A stretch of DNA of 64,000 nucleotides from Prorocentrum cordatum (Eukaryota). Below, piece after piece: positions 39,037-52,200 of this stretch; the stretch's first letter is position 1, and each line of letters opens with the position of its first letter. The stretch is from positions 1 to 64,000 of the forward strand of contig CAUYUJ010000079.1 of NCBI GenBank assembly GCA_963575745.1, read 5' to 3'. The notes beneath the pieces were generated by a model that saw only the letters and a list, made by a program, of their open reading frames with translations, was not told the DNA's origin and made no database searches. The position numbers were made by a program, and so were the translations under genes.

Positions 39037-39867
39037 GGCGCGCGGGCTCCGACGTCGCCGCGGGGCGGACGACCCGCGCGCGTCGCCGGGACTCCTCAGG
39101 GACGACCGGCGCGCGTCGCGGGGACTCTTGCGCTGCGCATGTCATCGGCCGCCGGCCTTTTTCGTCTGCGCGCCGCGGACGGCCCCCCCGCGCGTTGCCG
39201 GGGCGCTCGCGCGCTGCTCTGTCCGGCGCCTGGCTCGTTGTGAGCCGCTTGCTTCTGTTCTGCCCCGCGCCGCGGACGACCCGCGCGCGTCGCCGGGACT
39301 CCTCCGGGACGACCGGCGCGCGTCGCGGGGACTCCGCGGCGCGCTCTGCCAAGAGCTGCCAGCTTGGGCGTCTTCCGCAAAAAGCTGCTGCCGGATTTCC
39401 CTGGGTCTCTGAGGGGGGCGCGTTCGCCGTGGCGGCGCGTGGGCACCCTCCCCGCGATCGCCCGTCGCTCGCCGCGGATTATCTTGGAAGCTCGGGAGGC
39501 GGCCCTGGGATCCAGAGCCATCGTTTACATATCGGGTGTCGGGAGATTTCCACATTCTCGCCTGCTCAGCGTGGACTGCCGAGATCGCTTCGAGATCGCG
39601 TCGAGAGGACAGGCCACCCCAGGAAATATCCAAGGCGATTGAGAGACGGCCCGGAGGGGGGCTCGAGAACCCGCGAGACGGCGCCAGCGTCGCCGAAGTC
39701 TTCCGTCGCCATTCGGGATCAGGAGCGCGAGGTGCCCCGCTGTTTCTCGCTCGGAACGAGTCGCGGGGACTCCGCGCGGCGCCGGCGCTTCCACCAGGAC
39801 GACCCTCGCTGGTTGCTGGGACTCCCTCCGGGGACGACCGGCGCGAGTCGAGGGGGCTCCGGGCGGC

Positions 39868-42680
39868 ATGGCGCTCGGCGGGTCGGGGTCCTGGGCGGCG
39901 CGCCTGCGGGCGCATGCTGGGTGCGAGGACGCCCTGGCGGGAGTGGGGCTGCAGACGGCGGCGGGCCAAGCAGGGTACGAGAGCAGCCTGCTCTCGGTGC
40001 CAGGCTTCCTCCAGGCCCACGTCGCGCGCCAGTGGTTCCACGAGCTGGCGAGCATCGCGCATCGGGACGCAGTCTTCATCGGCCGCAGCCCGGAGACGCC
40101 GTCCACGTTCGTCGACCCGTTGCCGTGGAGGTACCGCACGGCGCAGTACTTCCGCGAGAAGTGTATCTGCAAATGCGACTACGCAGGCCAGCCTTGAACG
40201 ACCCCCCCTCGCTCCTCCGGGCGCGTCCCCGCGCCGCCCCCCCCCCACCCCCCATCGCTGCCGTCGCCTCCCGCGCTTCCTCCGCAGGCACCGCCAAGCA
40301 CTCCTCGCACACGTACGGCCCGGCCAGTTTCTTTTGGAAGGTCGAGGATTTCTTGATGGAGGCCATGGGGCTCGCGTCGCGCGAGGAGGTCCCAGACCTC
40401 TGGGTCGTCAATGTTTACGACGACCCCGCCAGGCACATCCGTCGTCGTCGTCGTCGCTGGCGCCGTCGTCGTCGTCGTCGCCATCGTCGTCGCCGTCGTC
40501 GCCGTCGATCGTTCGAGGTCGGAGGGCCGAAGACTTTGGAAGTTCTCGAAGCGTCGGCGCCGGGCTCGCGCGGACCCCCCGCGAGCCCGGCGCCGAACAG
40601 CAGCCCTCGGGGGCTCGAGGTGCACGCCGCCGCCGCCGCTGCCGTCGTCGTCGTCGTCGTCGTCGTGGTCGCGGTTCTCGCCCACCAGGCACATCGCCTG
40701 GCACAGCGACGACGACGACCTCTTCGACGCGATCCGCAGCCCCGCGGACATCGTGTCGCTCTCCCTCGGCGCCGACGGCCTGTTCGCTTTCCAGGTCAAG
40801 CCGAGGGGCCCGCTGGCCAGCGACGTGCTCGGCGCGCAGGAGCGGGGCATCCGCGGCGCCGTGGCTCTGGCGTCGGGGACGCTGGCTCTAATGTCCGGGC
40901 GTTTCCAGCGGGACTTCCAGCACGCGACCATCCCGAGCTGCGAGTGGGACACAAGCTGGGCCGCGAGCTTGCCGGCGAGGCAGCGCTGCCGCGTCGCGCC
41001 GGGTCCAGGGGCGCCCCGCATCAACCTCACTGGCCGGTGGGTGCGGAGGTCCGAGGGGAAAGAAGCGACGCCGCCCTCGCCACTTGGGGATGGGGCGGGG
41101 GTGGGGGGGGCACTTCCCACGAGGAGGTCCACGATGCCTTTCCGGGCTGGAACTCGAGGGTGTCTCTCGAACGGGAGGGGGGCGAATGCAACGCCACGAG
41201 GGAGAATCCGCCTGGGCCTTACGCCCTGGTGATGGCGGCGTCGCTTTCCCCCGTTCCCTCGAAGGCAGAACGCGGCGTGCCCGAGGCACAAGGGCCCTTC
41301 GCCGATGGCGGCGTTCCTGCAGCCAGCGCCAGCGCCCGCGCCGGCGCGCCCGCCCGCGCCCCCTCCGGGCGACGGCGAGGCGGTGCAGCGGCTTCAGGCG
41401 GAGGTGGGCGGGCTGCGGGCGCAGGTAGCGACGCTCACCGCCGACGTTGACCGCAGGCGGTCCGCGGAGCTGGACTACCTACAGTCATTTCGCGAGCTCC
41501 AGGGCAAGCTGCTGCGAGCCGAGGAGGAGCTGGCGAACGCGCAGGCTACCGCCCAGGTGAGCGACGCCTGAAAACTTAGAGATCCGACGTCATGAAAAAT
41601 TCGTGACGGCGGTTTTTCGTTGCTTTCAGTCCCGGAGGCCCTCAACGGGCCCTTGGACCGTCAAAAATCAATTCAGGGCGAGAAACCGGCCCCGGGGAAG
41701 TCGTCGAGACCTCCGGGGACTTCCGGGGGCCACGCGTCGAAAAGTTCATGACATCGAATGTCTGGGACTGGGTCGACCGCGCGGACATGGCGCGCGAGTT
41801 GCCCGCGTAAGGTCGCACGGAGCGCCGCGCCGCTGCCCCGTGCTCCGCGGAATTGACTGGCCCGCGCGAGCCACCGCGCAGGGTGCAGCGCCGCCGCGCA
41901 TGAGACCCCGTCTTCTCCGTCGCTCAGGCAGACGCGCGCGGGCCCGCCGCCGCCTCTGCGCCGGCGAGCAGCGCGGCGGGCGAGGTTCCTGGGGCTGCCG
42001 GTGACGGGGGGCTCTCGCAGGGCGTGGCTCGCGTCGCGGCTTTGCGCGCCTCCTCCAACGCCGACTTGCTCCTGCACGTCGCGGATCTCTGGGAGGGGCT
42101 CCGGGGCTTCACCGTCGCGGAGCAGGCCTCGCAGAACGACCCGCTCTTCAGGCTCGGCCGCGGCACCCGGGAGTCGCGCACCCACCGCGTCTTGATGCCC
42201 TACGGTTGCCTCCAGGCCTGCTTGCGGAGCGTGGCCTCGCGCCACGTGGAGGCGCTCCGCGAGTTCGGGTGGTTCGCCTTCGACCTGGAGCCGGGCGTCG
42301 CCGAGTCGCTCTGGCGCTTGAAGGGGGGGCGCGCGTCGGAGCGGTTGCAGGCGACGACCGTCGAGGGGGGGCCCTGGGACGGCTCCGAGACGCACCTCCG
42401 GATCATCGCGTTCGAGCTGGGCTCCGCGTTCGACGAGGGGGTGGCGCGCTGCCTTCCGCGCAAGCCGCCTGCCCGCCGCGGCGGTCGCGAGGCAGCGGCT
42501 GAGGCCGCGCACCTTGCCTGGTGCGCACTGCTGCGCGCCGACAAGGTTCGGCAGTGGGAGGACCTGGAGCAGGGGCGGATGGTTCTCCCGGCTCTGCCCC
42601 TCGAGTGGGGCCCGGTAGACTCCCTGGAGCGGATGCCGTGCGCTGTGTGGCTGCACGTCCCAAAGAGAGTCTGCGGGTAG
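39868..42680 (+). CDS. alkB: AlkB-family (ALKBH2/3-like) 2OG-Fe(II) dioxygenase fused to a coiled coil and an unknown C-terminal domain; exons 39868-40186, 40288-40432, 40689-41048, 41265-41556, 41928-42680 (622 aa)
   Basis: The spliced frame is continuous and gives VNVY, WHSDDD (HxD), IVSLSLGA, GTLALMSG.FQ..FQH and RINLTGR. All introns end AG|G with GC/GC/GT/GT donors and correct phases. Confidence 0.85.
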
Positions 42681-43375
42681 ACGCTCTTCTCTGGCCGCGT
42701 CAGGGGACGACCCCCGCCAGTCGCCGGGACTCCCTCGCGGGACGACCGGCGCTGGTCGGGGGGGCTCCGCCCGGCGAGGCTTGGACCGCTCTGCAGAGGA
42801 CGACCCCCGCCAGTCGCCGGGACTCCCTCGCGGGACGACCGGCGCTGGTCGGGGGGACTCCATCCCCGCGGCAGACCCCGCCAGTGGCCGCGCCGCTCGC
42901 TCCTGCCGAAAAAGGAACACTCCGCACACCCATCGCTCTCGAGCCGCCCGCGTAAGATTGTCGCGCGCGCGGTCTCAACACCGCGCCGCGCGCCTCGCAA
43001 GCTAACTGCGTGGGCCACCGGGTAAGGTCGCAGCGTCCTCGTTCCCTGAAGGGTGCTGCTCACGTTATACCAGTGTCGTTCGGTCCACCTCGCCGCTGCG
43101 CCTGGCGCCTGGGTCGCGGGTCAGAGACCCCTTACTCGGGTGTCGCGGGATGCTTATCGGGTGCCCCCTGGGGAGGCGACGAGGGCATGCGTGAGGGTAA
43201 TTCTTGATCGGGTACCATGGGGGCTTCCTGGAGGCCTCGCGGAGCAAGGGGGAGGAGGAGGAGGAGGAGGAGGAAGCGTCGACGCCGTCGTGGCTCAAGC
43301 CTTGTTCGGGTTCGAGTTTGTGGCGGCACTTCCGGCCCTTCCAGCGAGGTGCTGAGTTCTTCCCCGCAGTATCTC

Positions 43376-45570
43376 ATGGCGACCAGCTCGCAGTCGCAGC
43401 AGCAGCAGGGCCGCGACAAGCTCCCGCGCGACATCCGCGCGCCCGGGCCGCTGCGCAACGACGCGGTCGTGGGGCGCATTCTCCTCGTGGAGTCCCGCTC
43501 CCTGGGCTCGGCCGCTGCGACCGGCGAGGGTGCCCCGAGCCAGGTCGCCGCCACCGGCGCCAGCAAAAGCAAGGGCAAGGGCAAGGGCAAGGGCAAGGGC
43601 GCCCGCTCCGACGCCGTCCTGGAGATCACGCTGTGCGGGGGGAAGAGCCCGGCGGACATCATAATGTTCCAGGCGTGGGAGTCCAACGTGCGCGCGCGCC
43701 TGCAGGGCAGCGCGGGCGTCGGGGACACGGTGCGCATCAGGCGCGGCCTCGTCGTGGCGCACACCGACAAGACCCGCTTCCACTGCACCTCGCGCTCGCC
43801 CATGTTTCTGAAGGCGCAGAGCGACACGACCATGGAGCGCATCGAGGACAAGCCAGAGTTCTTGAGGTACCACCCCGTCACGCCCATCTCGTCGCTGCCG
43901 CTGCTGCCGCCCCGGTCTCCGGTCTGCCTCGCTGGCCGCGTGGTGGAGGCGGGCGAGGTGCAGAAGGTGGAGACGCCCGACGGCGACACCGACGTGCCGG
44001 TGGCGCACCTGGCGCTCCGCGTCTCGGAGGACTTGATTCGTGTGAATTTCTGGCGGGAGACGGCCTCGATGTTGAAGAGCCTTGGCAAGGGCGACCTCAC
44101 GTTCCTCTGGGGCGTGGCGAAGCAGTGGCCCAGGGCCGGCGAGGACCCGAAGACGCAGGTGGAGCTCCGCGCCACGGCGCGCACGAGGGTGCTGAGCTGC
44201 CCCGAGCCGCTTCCGGGCACCCTCGCGAGCACGCCGGCCGACCTGTCCGGCGCGAAGATCTGGTCTGCGCGCCTGTCCAGGGAGAGGAAGGATTACGCCA
44301 CCGCCAAGGGGACGTCGATGTCCTTGTCGGTGCTGGAGGGTCTGATGGCCTCGAAGGTGATCCGCGATCTCGACCGCGTCTTCGAGGTGCCTAGCGTGTT
44401 CCTGGAGTTCGGCTCGCAGCTGACGTACCCCGGGTGCGGCACGTGCCTGAAGGCCTGGCGCGAGGAGGGCACGATGCCGTGCCAGTGCCCCGCTGCGGAG
44501 CGTGTCCACCTGTGGCGCGCCAGGCTCGGTCTCCGAGACGCCTCGGGCCAGGTCCAGGCCGTCTGCTTCAAGGCGCTCGAGTCCGTCGTGGATGTCTACG
44601 GGGACGTCTCCGGCGACGCCGAGAAGGCGCCGGAGCATTTCAGCTCCGAGGAGGTGGCGGAGCGCCTGGCCAGCTCCGTCGCCGCGGTGCCCTTCACCGC
44701 GCGCATCACGGTGGCGGCGGACGGCTACAAGGAGGCCATGGAGGCGACGGTCCAGCTGCTCACCCCGACGTTCTCGACCGCCGGCGTCAAGCACCCGTTG
44801 AAGCCCGTCGTGCAGGTGGGCCAGTCCGCGGGCGCGTGCCCGCCTTTCCGCCTGGCGCAGACGGTATACTCGGAGGGCATCGGCATGACGGAGGCCGACG
44901 GCAACGCGTACGAGTCGTTCCGCGCCCTCGTGACGTTCGCAGACGACGCCGGCGGCCTCGGCGCAGACGGCCGCACGGCGCGCGAGGTCAACTGCGCCCT
45001 CGACGCCGGGGTGGAGGCGCTCAAGTACAGGCTGGAGGTCGACGGAGACGGCTCCATGGCGCATGCCCTCGGCAGCGCCGAGAAGAGGAGCTCCGCGCAC
45101 GTGCTCCTGGCGTGGAGGTCGACGGAGGTCATCGGGGTGATCGCGATGTTGCCGGTGCCGGGCGAGAGCTTCGACGCCTTCGGCAGGTTCTTCGCCAGGG
45201 AGGTGGAGCTGTGCAAGGACTCGGCGGCTCGCGGAAGGGGGCAGCGCGGGGGGGGGGGGCTCCCAGGGCCCAGGGAGGCGAGGAGCTTCGTGGAATGCAG
45301 AGCGCTTCCTGGATGGCCCAAGAGGCTTCCAATGAGTTGTCCGGGAGGGCGGGAGTGCTTTCACGAAGCCCCCTGCTCTCAGAGGGGGCCGCCCCCCTGG
45401 CCTTGCCCCCTTGCGCGCGCCGCCGCGAGGACTCGGCGGCCGCTGGCTCGTCCAACTCAGCGGGCTTCGACGCGACGCCGACGAAGGTCTTGACCGCGGC
45501 CGAGGCGGCGAACGTGACCTCCCCGCCGCTGTGGAAGGTCCGCAAGACGCTCGCTGGGCCCACGGCGTGA
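43376..45570 (+). CDS. RPA70-like multi-OB-fold ssDNA-binding protein; exons 43376-45217 and 45430-45570 (660 aa)
   Basis: OB-like segments (PISSL...VCLAGRVVEAGEV...IRVNFWRETA) and a DBD-C-like Zn ribbon YPGCGTCLK...CQC...WRARLGLRDASGQVQAVCF. The intron is flanked by a 13-nt direct repeat. Confidence 0.75.
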
Positions 45571-46517
45571 CAGGATGGCGCGGGTGCTCGGCAGGCCGCC
45601 CGGGCAAGCCCTGCGCGTCGCCGCGATCCTTCCCTGGAGGGCGAGCGGCGCGCGTCGGGGCGATCTCAGGCTGGTCGACGTGCCCATAGGCTAGCGGCGC
45701 AGAGCGCTGCTCTGTTCCACCCCGCGCTGCCCGCTGCCTTGGCCAAGACATATTTCCCCCCCTTGGAGGGCGTATTTTGCAGTCGGCAGGGCATTATCTA
45801 GCTTCGTGGCCCAGAGTAGCGGCCGATGCGCCGCGTGTCCTGGACTTCCACTGGTAGGGCAGCGTCCTGCAGCAAGAGTTTAAGTATTGTGGACGACCCT
45901 CGCGCGTTGCCAGGACCCTCCTCCGGGGGCGACTGACACGCGTCGACGGGACTCCACAGTCCGATCGGAGCGCCCTTGCCGCGCGCCCGCAGCCGCTCGC
46001 CCTCGCCCTGCAAGGCAACCACAAATGCGCGCCCGGCTTGGAGCGGGATCTCTGGAGGTGCGGAGAGAAGAAGGAAGGGAGGAAGGAGGCGGACACGACA
46101 CGGCGGCGCCCGGGTTTAGGTCACCGCGGGAGAGGCGGGCAGGGACGCAACGCACAGGGGAGATTAGGAGACGGTCGGGGGATCACGGCGCAGGGGGCGG
46201 ACACGCGATAAAGCGGCAAACAGTGTTAGCGCCAAACGAGTAGGTCTGGCAATTGCGCCGCAATGGAAATCTCCCGGACCTTGCCATCCATAGGTACAGT
46301 GGAGCCTATTTCGGGCTCTCCCTGCCTGGGGACATCTTGGCTGGCCTCTTGGGGCCATCCTGGAGCACATCGGTCAAACCGGCATTAATCTGCAGGCGCC
46401 CGTGGGGCCGTCGTGGAGCAGGCCTCGCGGGGCCCCTGTCGAGGCTTTCGTCTTGCTCGAGCCCGCGAGTGCCTCAGCCGGCGCGCCCCGCCGACAACCC
46501 GCGGAAGACCAGGCGCC

Positions 46518-47162
46518 ATGCCGTCCCCGCACCTCGAGGACATCGTTTCAGTTTTGACCGGCTTTGGCCTTAACCCGGAGGTGGTCTACGAGGACGGGCC
46601 CCCGGTCTTGTTGCGGGTGCCCTTGCGCAGTGCGACGCCTCAGCAGGGCGCGGGGCACGGCGGAGGCGAGGCGGCGCGGCCGCCCTCCGCCGCCGCGGGG
46701 CCGAGCGCAGTGGTCGGGCCGGGCGCCGCGGAGCCACCGGGGCCGCCGCCGTTCGAGGAGCTGCCCGAGCGCATCCGCTGGCGCGCCCAGTGCCTCCACA
46801 TGGCCCCGCCGTTGCCGTCGGCCGAAGATCGCCTCCGTAGGGCTTTCTGGCTCGGGAGCGTGGATGCCGGGCGCACAGTGGGCGACCGCTCTGATCTGGT
46901 GGACGTCCCGATGCCCCTGCCGCACAACAAGTGCTACGTGGTCCTGCGCCCGGCGGCGCGGCATGGCGGGCTGGGCCCGAGCGTGGTCACGGCCGTGGCG
47001 CACCTCAAGGCGCTCGTCACGGACGGTGCAGGCGCGGACGACCCCTCGGCCATCAGCAGAGGCTTCAACAGCCTCGTGGAGGTCGAGAGCTACTTGGCCG
47101 GCGCGGGCCAGCCGCCCGAGATCGCATCTCCCGCGCGTCGCTGGCGGCCGGCGCCGGAGTAG
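46518..47162 (+). CDS. Hypothetical protein with a C-terminal RNase H1 N-terminal / viroplasmin (Cauli_VI)-like domain, 214 aa
   Basis: KCYVVLR...GPSVV...LV...AISRGFNSLVEVESYL resembles YxVxxGxxxGIYxxW...FxxxxEAxxYL; GC3-biased codons. Confidence 0.5.
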   Translation: MPSPHLEDIVSVLTGFGLNPEVVYEDGPPVLLRVPLRSATPQQGAGHGGGEAARPPSAAAGPSAVVGPGAAEPPGPPPFEELPERIRWRAQCLHMAPPLPSAEDRLRRAFWLGSVDAGRTVGDRSDLVDVPMPLPHNKCYVVLRPAARHGGLGPSVVTAVAHLKALVTDGAGADDPSAISRGFNSLVEVESYLAGAGQPPEIASPARRWRPAPE

Positions 47163-48045
47163 GGCCTCGCCGGGAAGCCTCCCCGCCCTTTCTCCTCGCG
47201 CCGCGGCCCTGCGGTGAGGCGCGCGCGCCGCGCGGCGTCAGTCGACGCCCAGGACGACCCTCGCGCGTTGATGGGATCCCATTCGGGTGGGCGACCGTCA
47301 CGCGTCGGGGGGACTCCTCACCTGTTTTCGCCCACGCAGTTTTTTTCTACCCCTCTGTCCGCGACGCAGGGGGGCCCGTGCGTCTGCCTGCCGCCTTGCT
47401 GTGTCTAGCTGCCGACCTTTTCAACCACCCGTGGTGAGCGACCTCCGCGTGTCCCTGGAGTTTCGCCAGGATGGGCAGCGCGGCCGCCCGCGTGAGGTTA
47501 GCCGCATGCCGATTGCGTAGACGTTTGCCTCGAAGCGCGGCCGACCTGCGCGCGTCGCCGGAACTCCTGCGGGACGCCCGGCGCGCGTCGCGGGGACTCC
47601 GCGCGTTATTCTGCCTGGGGCCGCCGCCGTCGGGTCGCGAGGAGAAAAAAGGGGAGAGCGATTAGGGAAGGAAAGAGGCACGAAACGACGGCGGTCAGGG
47701 CTCGGGCCACCGCAGGACAGTCAGGCAAGAGCAGTGCACGACGGCACCTGGGAGAGAGGAGACCCCTTCCGCTAACTTTGTGTCAAAAGTTTGTTGTTTT
47801 TGAAAGAAGCGGGGTCTGGGTCGAGCCCTGAGATTTCCGGCAAACTCCCCCCCCCCCTTCCGTGTCCGTAAACATGGAGGCCCGAGCAGGCGCCGCCGCG
47901 CGTTCCGGCGCGCGCCCACCGCCATCTTCGACGGACGACCCCCGCTCGTGGACGGGACTCCCCGCGCGGGACGACCTTCCCGAGTCGGGGGGACTCTGGC
48001 TCGCACGAGCGGGCCATCGCCGCGCGCCATCGGGGCCCCGCGCGG

Positions 48046-48999
48046 ATGCCGCCGAAAGGCAGCGGGGCGAGATGCCGGATCAATGTGGTCAAGAGGGAGC
48101 GGGGTGGGGCAGTGACCTTCCGCGTGCGGCTGCGGGCCGCAGGCGAGCCCTGCATATACGGTCCTGACCGCGACGACCTGGCCGCGGCCACAGCGGATAA
48201 GGCTCGCCTCGCGAGGATGCCGGAGACGGGGCAGCGTGCGGAGCTCCGCCGCTTGCAAGCAGAGCACGCGCAGGCCCCAGGGGAGGGCCCCCAAACGCCA
48301 CGGCGCCAGCTGGAGGCGCCCCCTCGGCGCCGAATGACTGGGAAACGAGGACCGTCGCCTCGCCCTTCCCCAGCGCCGAGAGCCGCCGCCGGCACTCCAG
48401 CATCGGGCCCGAAGACTGGGGGCCCTCAGACGCCAGGCGCCTCGGCCGCGGGCAGGCGCCCCCAACAGACTCCCAGGGCGGCGCGCAGCCGGGGCCCGAC
48501 TCCTCGGACGGCGGGAGGCCGACGGGACGTCGCGGCCGCGACGTTCCACGACGTTCTGGCCTGGCACAGTGACCGGGGCCGCTTTCCGCGGCGCTCCAAG
48601 TCCAGGAAGGGCCTCGAGAATGACTTGGCGCAGAGGTGGCGGAGGTGGGAGCGGTCGACCAGGCTGCAGCCAGCGGCCCTGATCCTGAAGCAGCGCATCG
48701 ACGCGCTGCTGCAGACCGAGCGGGAGTCAAAGCTGGGGGATGAGCGAGCCGAGGGCGCAGAGCAGGCGCTGCTAATGCTGCACCAGCATTGGTGCGAGGG
48801 GAACGACGTCCACGACGAGGATCGTTGGAGGCAGCCTGCCCTGCATCGATCTCGCGGCGGCCAGCACCCGTACCCGGGCTTCTCGAACTTGTTCAACACC
48901 TGCTACCTCAACGCGCCCCTGCAGTGCCTGCTCCACTGCCCCGCCGCGCGCGCCGCGCTCCTGGGGGCGGAATGCGAGGGCGAGCCGCTGCTTGTGCAG
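48046..48999 (+). CDS. RepHel gene exon 1: N-terminal region, HA-like domain and USP (peptidase C19) Cys box
   Basis: FHDVLAWHSDRGRFP...ENDLAQRW (48541-48648); YPGFSNLFNTCYLNAPLQCL (48871-48930). The CAG|GA donor at 48999/49000 joins in phase to 55722. Confidence 0.75.
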
Positions 49000-49275
49000 G
49001 ACGCTGGGTGAAATCTCGTCGTCGTCGTCCTCATCCTCGTCGTCGTCGTCAAGCCGCCACGAAGCTTCGAGCTGCGTCGGCGCGGGCGGCTCCCAACCCC
49101 TCCCCTCGGCGCCCCGCGAGGCCGCTGCGGGGGGCCCCCACGAGCCCGCGGCGCTGTGCGCGGCGCTCGCGGCGGGGGCTGTGGCGGGGCGTGGGGGGCA
49201 CGGGCAGGCCTCTTTCCCCTCCCGTCCCTCGGCCCCTCCCACACACGCACCTGTACATGTGCACGCGCGCGCGCC

Positions 49276-52200
49276 ATGGCACACAAGCTGCGGGTCGTGG
49301 GATGGAACCCGTTCACCCTCCTGGGCACGGGCCGGGTCGTGGAGGTCTCCGACGCGTTTAGGAACTCAGACGTGCTCCTCTTGGCGGGGACCAAGCTCCG
49401 CTCCAGGCCGGGGTCACCCCACATGTACGATAAAGTCCACCGCCACCTCTTCATCAATTTCGGGTGGGCCAGGGGGAGCATGACCAACGCGTCGGCGGGA
49501 TGTTCGATCGGACTCTCGCACAGCAGATTTCGGGCCAAAGACGTCATCAGAGTAAACACCCCCCCCTCTGAGCTCCAGGGCAGAGGGGGATCGGTGGACA
49601 TCTTTCAGGGATCCTTCAGAGCTAGGTTTATTGTTGCGTATTTCCAGCCACGTCCATCAGCAGCTGCACAACTTCGTCAATGGCGTGTGGCCTACCAGCG
49701 TTTGCTAAACTGGGTCCTCGAAGAAATCACCAGCACACCGTCCAGGGTCATCCCCATATTCTTTGGAGACCTTAACATGAACCTTGGACGGCAGAACGGG
49801 ACAGTCACGGACGACGACGCAGTAGGTCCGTTCCAGGCGGCAGCTGAAAGTGACATCGGCCAACTCGTTCACCGACGGCTTCTTGAACATGAGTTGGCAG
49901 CGGCCAACAGTTATTATGATCTAGGTTACTCTTTCTTTGGCAACGGCGGTGCACGATCTAGGATCGATTATTTTATTGTACCTCAGCCATTGTTATGTCA
50001 CATCACCCGCATGGCCATGTGTTGGCGTAGCCACCGACGTCTGCAGGTACTCCCTCATATGCTAGATCACATACCCATGGCCATGGACGTTACGGTTACC
50101 GCCCCTCCCTCCCCTCAAGACATTGGGTACTGTGTCTGGGATTGGGGATTGATTGCAGCAGGTCTTCAGATTGGGCACGCCAGGCGCGAATTCCTTCGAG
50201 ACCTGCACGAGGGACTACAACGAGCCTCCCCGATCCTAGACATTGTCATTGAGGACGATGACCCCACGAGACACGCGGCGGTAGTCAGCCATATTATACG
50301 CTCCACGGCTCAGAAGTACTACTCTAAGCACTATAGTACGCCACAGTGGGTTGTTGATGCACGAGCGGAGCGCCTCACACTTCTTCGGGAACGTGCGCGA
50401 CTACGTGAGCAGGGTGCACATGTGCATTCGACTGAGATCAAAACGGTCACTCGCAACCTTAAGAAATTCCAGCGGTGGAAAGATGATTGGTGGAAGTACT
50501 CCATTGAATCCGAGCTTCGGGAAGCATGGGCACGGCGAGAGACAGCACGCGTAGCAGAATTGGCACGACTACGAGCAGGCACACGCATGGGCGCGCGCAA
50601 ACGTTCTTATCTGGCACTCCCTGCAGCACGTCCCCTCGCCTCCTCCTTCCTGGCAGCGGTCTCTCTTCCGGGTGTAGCAGGAGGATTGTCAGCAGCAGAG
50701 GTTCACGACAGCATGTGGACACGGGACAGTCAAGCCGTCGAGACCCTCCTCAGCACCCCGCCCTCCGACGTCCACCCCATCGGCACGACGCGAGCGAGCC
50801 CGTCCCCCGAGGATTACACGCAGGCCTTCGACGATCTCCGATTCATGGGGGAACGAATCTGGACACAACGACACCGTAGGTACAGTCCCCCTTGGAGTTG
50901 GCCCGTGGAGCTCACGATGATGATGTTTAGCCCTCTGACCCTCACCAAGCCAGGAATTCCACGGATCGGTATCGGACACGAAGATGCTGACTACACCCTC
51001 ACTGGGCCTCCGGATCACGCGGGCTTAGGATGGGAAGGCACCCGCATCAAGGTTCGACGACCCGATCGACGGAAGCTAGGTGCCCTTGGAAATGATGTGA
51101 TTGCCGAGGGTCCCGCGGTCCTGGTCTCGTTGCTGGCCCACGTCCGATGCTCGAAACGTCTCCCGAGACAGGCCGTCACGAGTCAGGGTATTCTCATCCC
51201 CAAGAAGGGCAAGCGACCGACAGGAGATCCCGTGAAAGATATTACTGCGTGCTTGAGAACGATCCATTGTTTCTGCCCCTGGTGGCGCTTCTATCTCAGA
51301 ATCGGCTTGACCGTGTATGGTTCGGAGTTTTCCCCACCCGACTGGGCATACGGAGGTATTCGCAAACGTCGACGGGAGGCCCTCATGTCCATCGTAAAAA
51401 TACTCGAGTGGAAACTTCGACACCAAGGTTTTGCTTATATGATAAAGTCTTACGATATGCGAAATGCTTTTGGAACTGGTCTTACCTCACGACTCATCGA
51501 TGCGCAGGCTGCTCGGCAACCGTCGAGGCATTTTACTCGCATGTTGGAGCTGCACCGCACGGAGGCGGTGATTCGCATCGACGCGGCGGACGGGCCCCTT
51601 TGTGTGCGACCTGGGGAGGGCGGGAGGATGGGCGACTCTAACGAGCCAGAGCTGTTTATGGGCGCCTTCTATCTACCCGTCGAGCGTTGGCACGCCACCC
51701 TCACTGACATCACGGGCCCCCTCTTCGACTCCCCTTGCCCGATTACGAACACCGTCCAGGACTTGAGTCGCGGGGGGTTCATCGATGATTTGATCAAGAT
51801 TTTCATCGTCCCCGAGGGGTCCCCCCAGAATGCCCTCCTCTTGGATAAAATCGACAACGACATCCTGAACATAGAGCTCCAGAAGGATGGATACGCCCAA
51901 AATGTTGATAAACAAGATACATTAGTCCGACTACGACGTGCACAGGAAACGAAGTTAGTGGAAAAGGAGATCCTTGGCACCCCCGTCGTTAACCTGATCC
52001 ACCTTGGAGGCTATATTAATATCAACGGGTCCAACACAAAGGAAATCACTGAACGAATACGATCTGGGAACATTGGCTGGTGTAACCTCAGCAGATTCTG
52101 GACTGCCCCTGGACCCCTTCGGTGTAAACGCATGTCGTTTATTTCCAACGTAGCGGGCAGAATGTGGTCGGGGTTAGAATCCTACGTTCTCCTGGAGAGT

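Noticed and set aside
39033..41450. 805-aa plus-strand ORF as a gene
   Set aside because: Low-complexity read-through; only 40288-40432 of this frame is used, as AlkB exon 2.
43295..45751. 818-aa minus-strand ORF
   Set aside because: Antisense shadow of the GC3-biased RPA-like gene.
46450..47825. Possible SL relicts before ORF 46518 (GTCTTGCTCGAG) and RepHel (GTCTGGGTCGAG)
   Set aside because: Only 8/12 identity, not distinguishable from chance.
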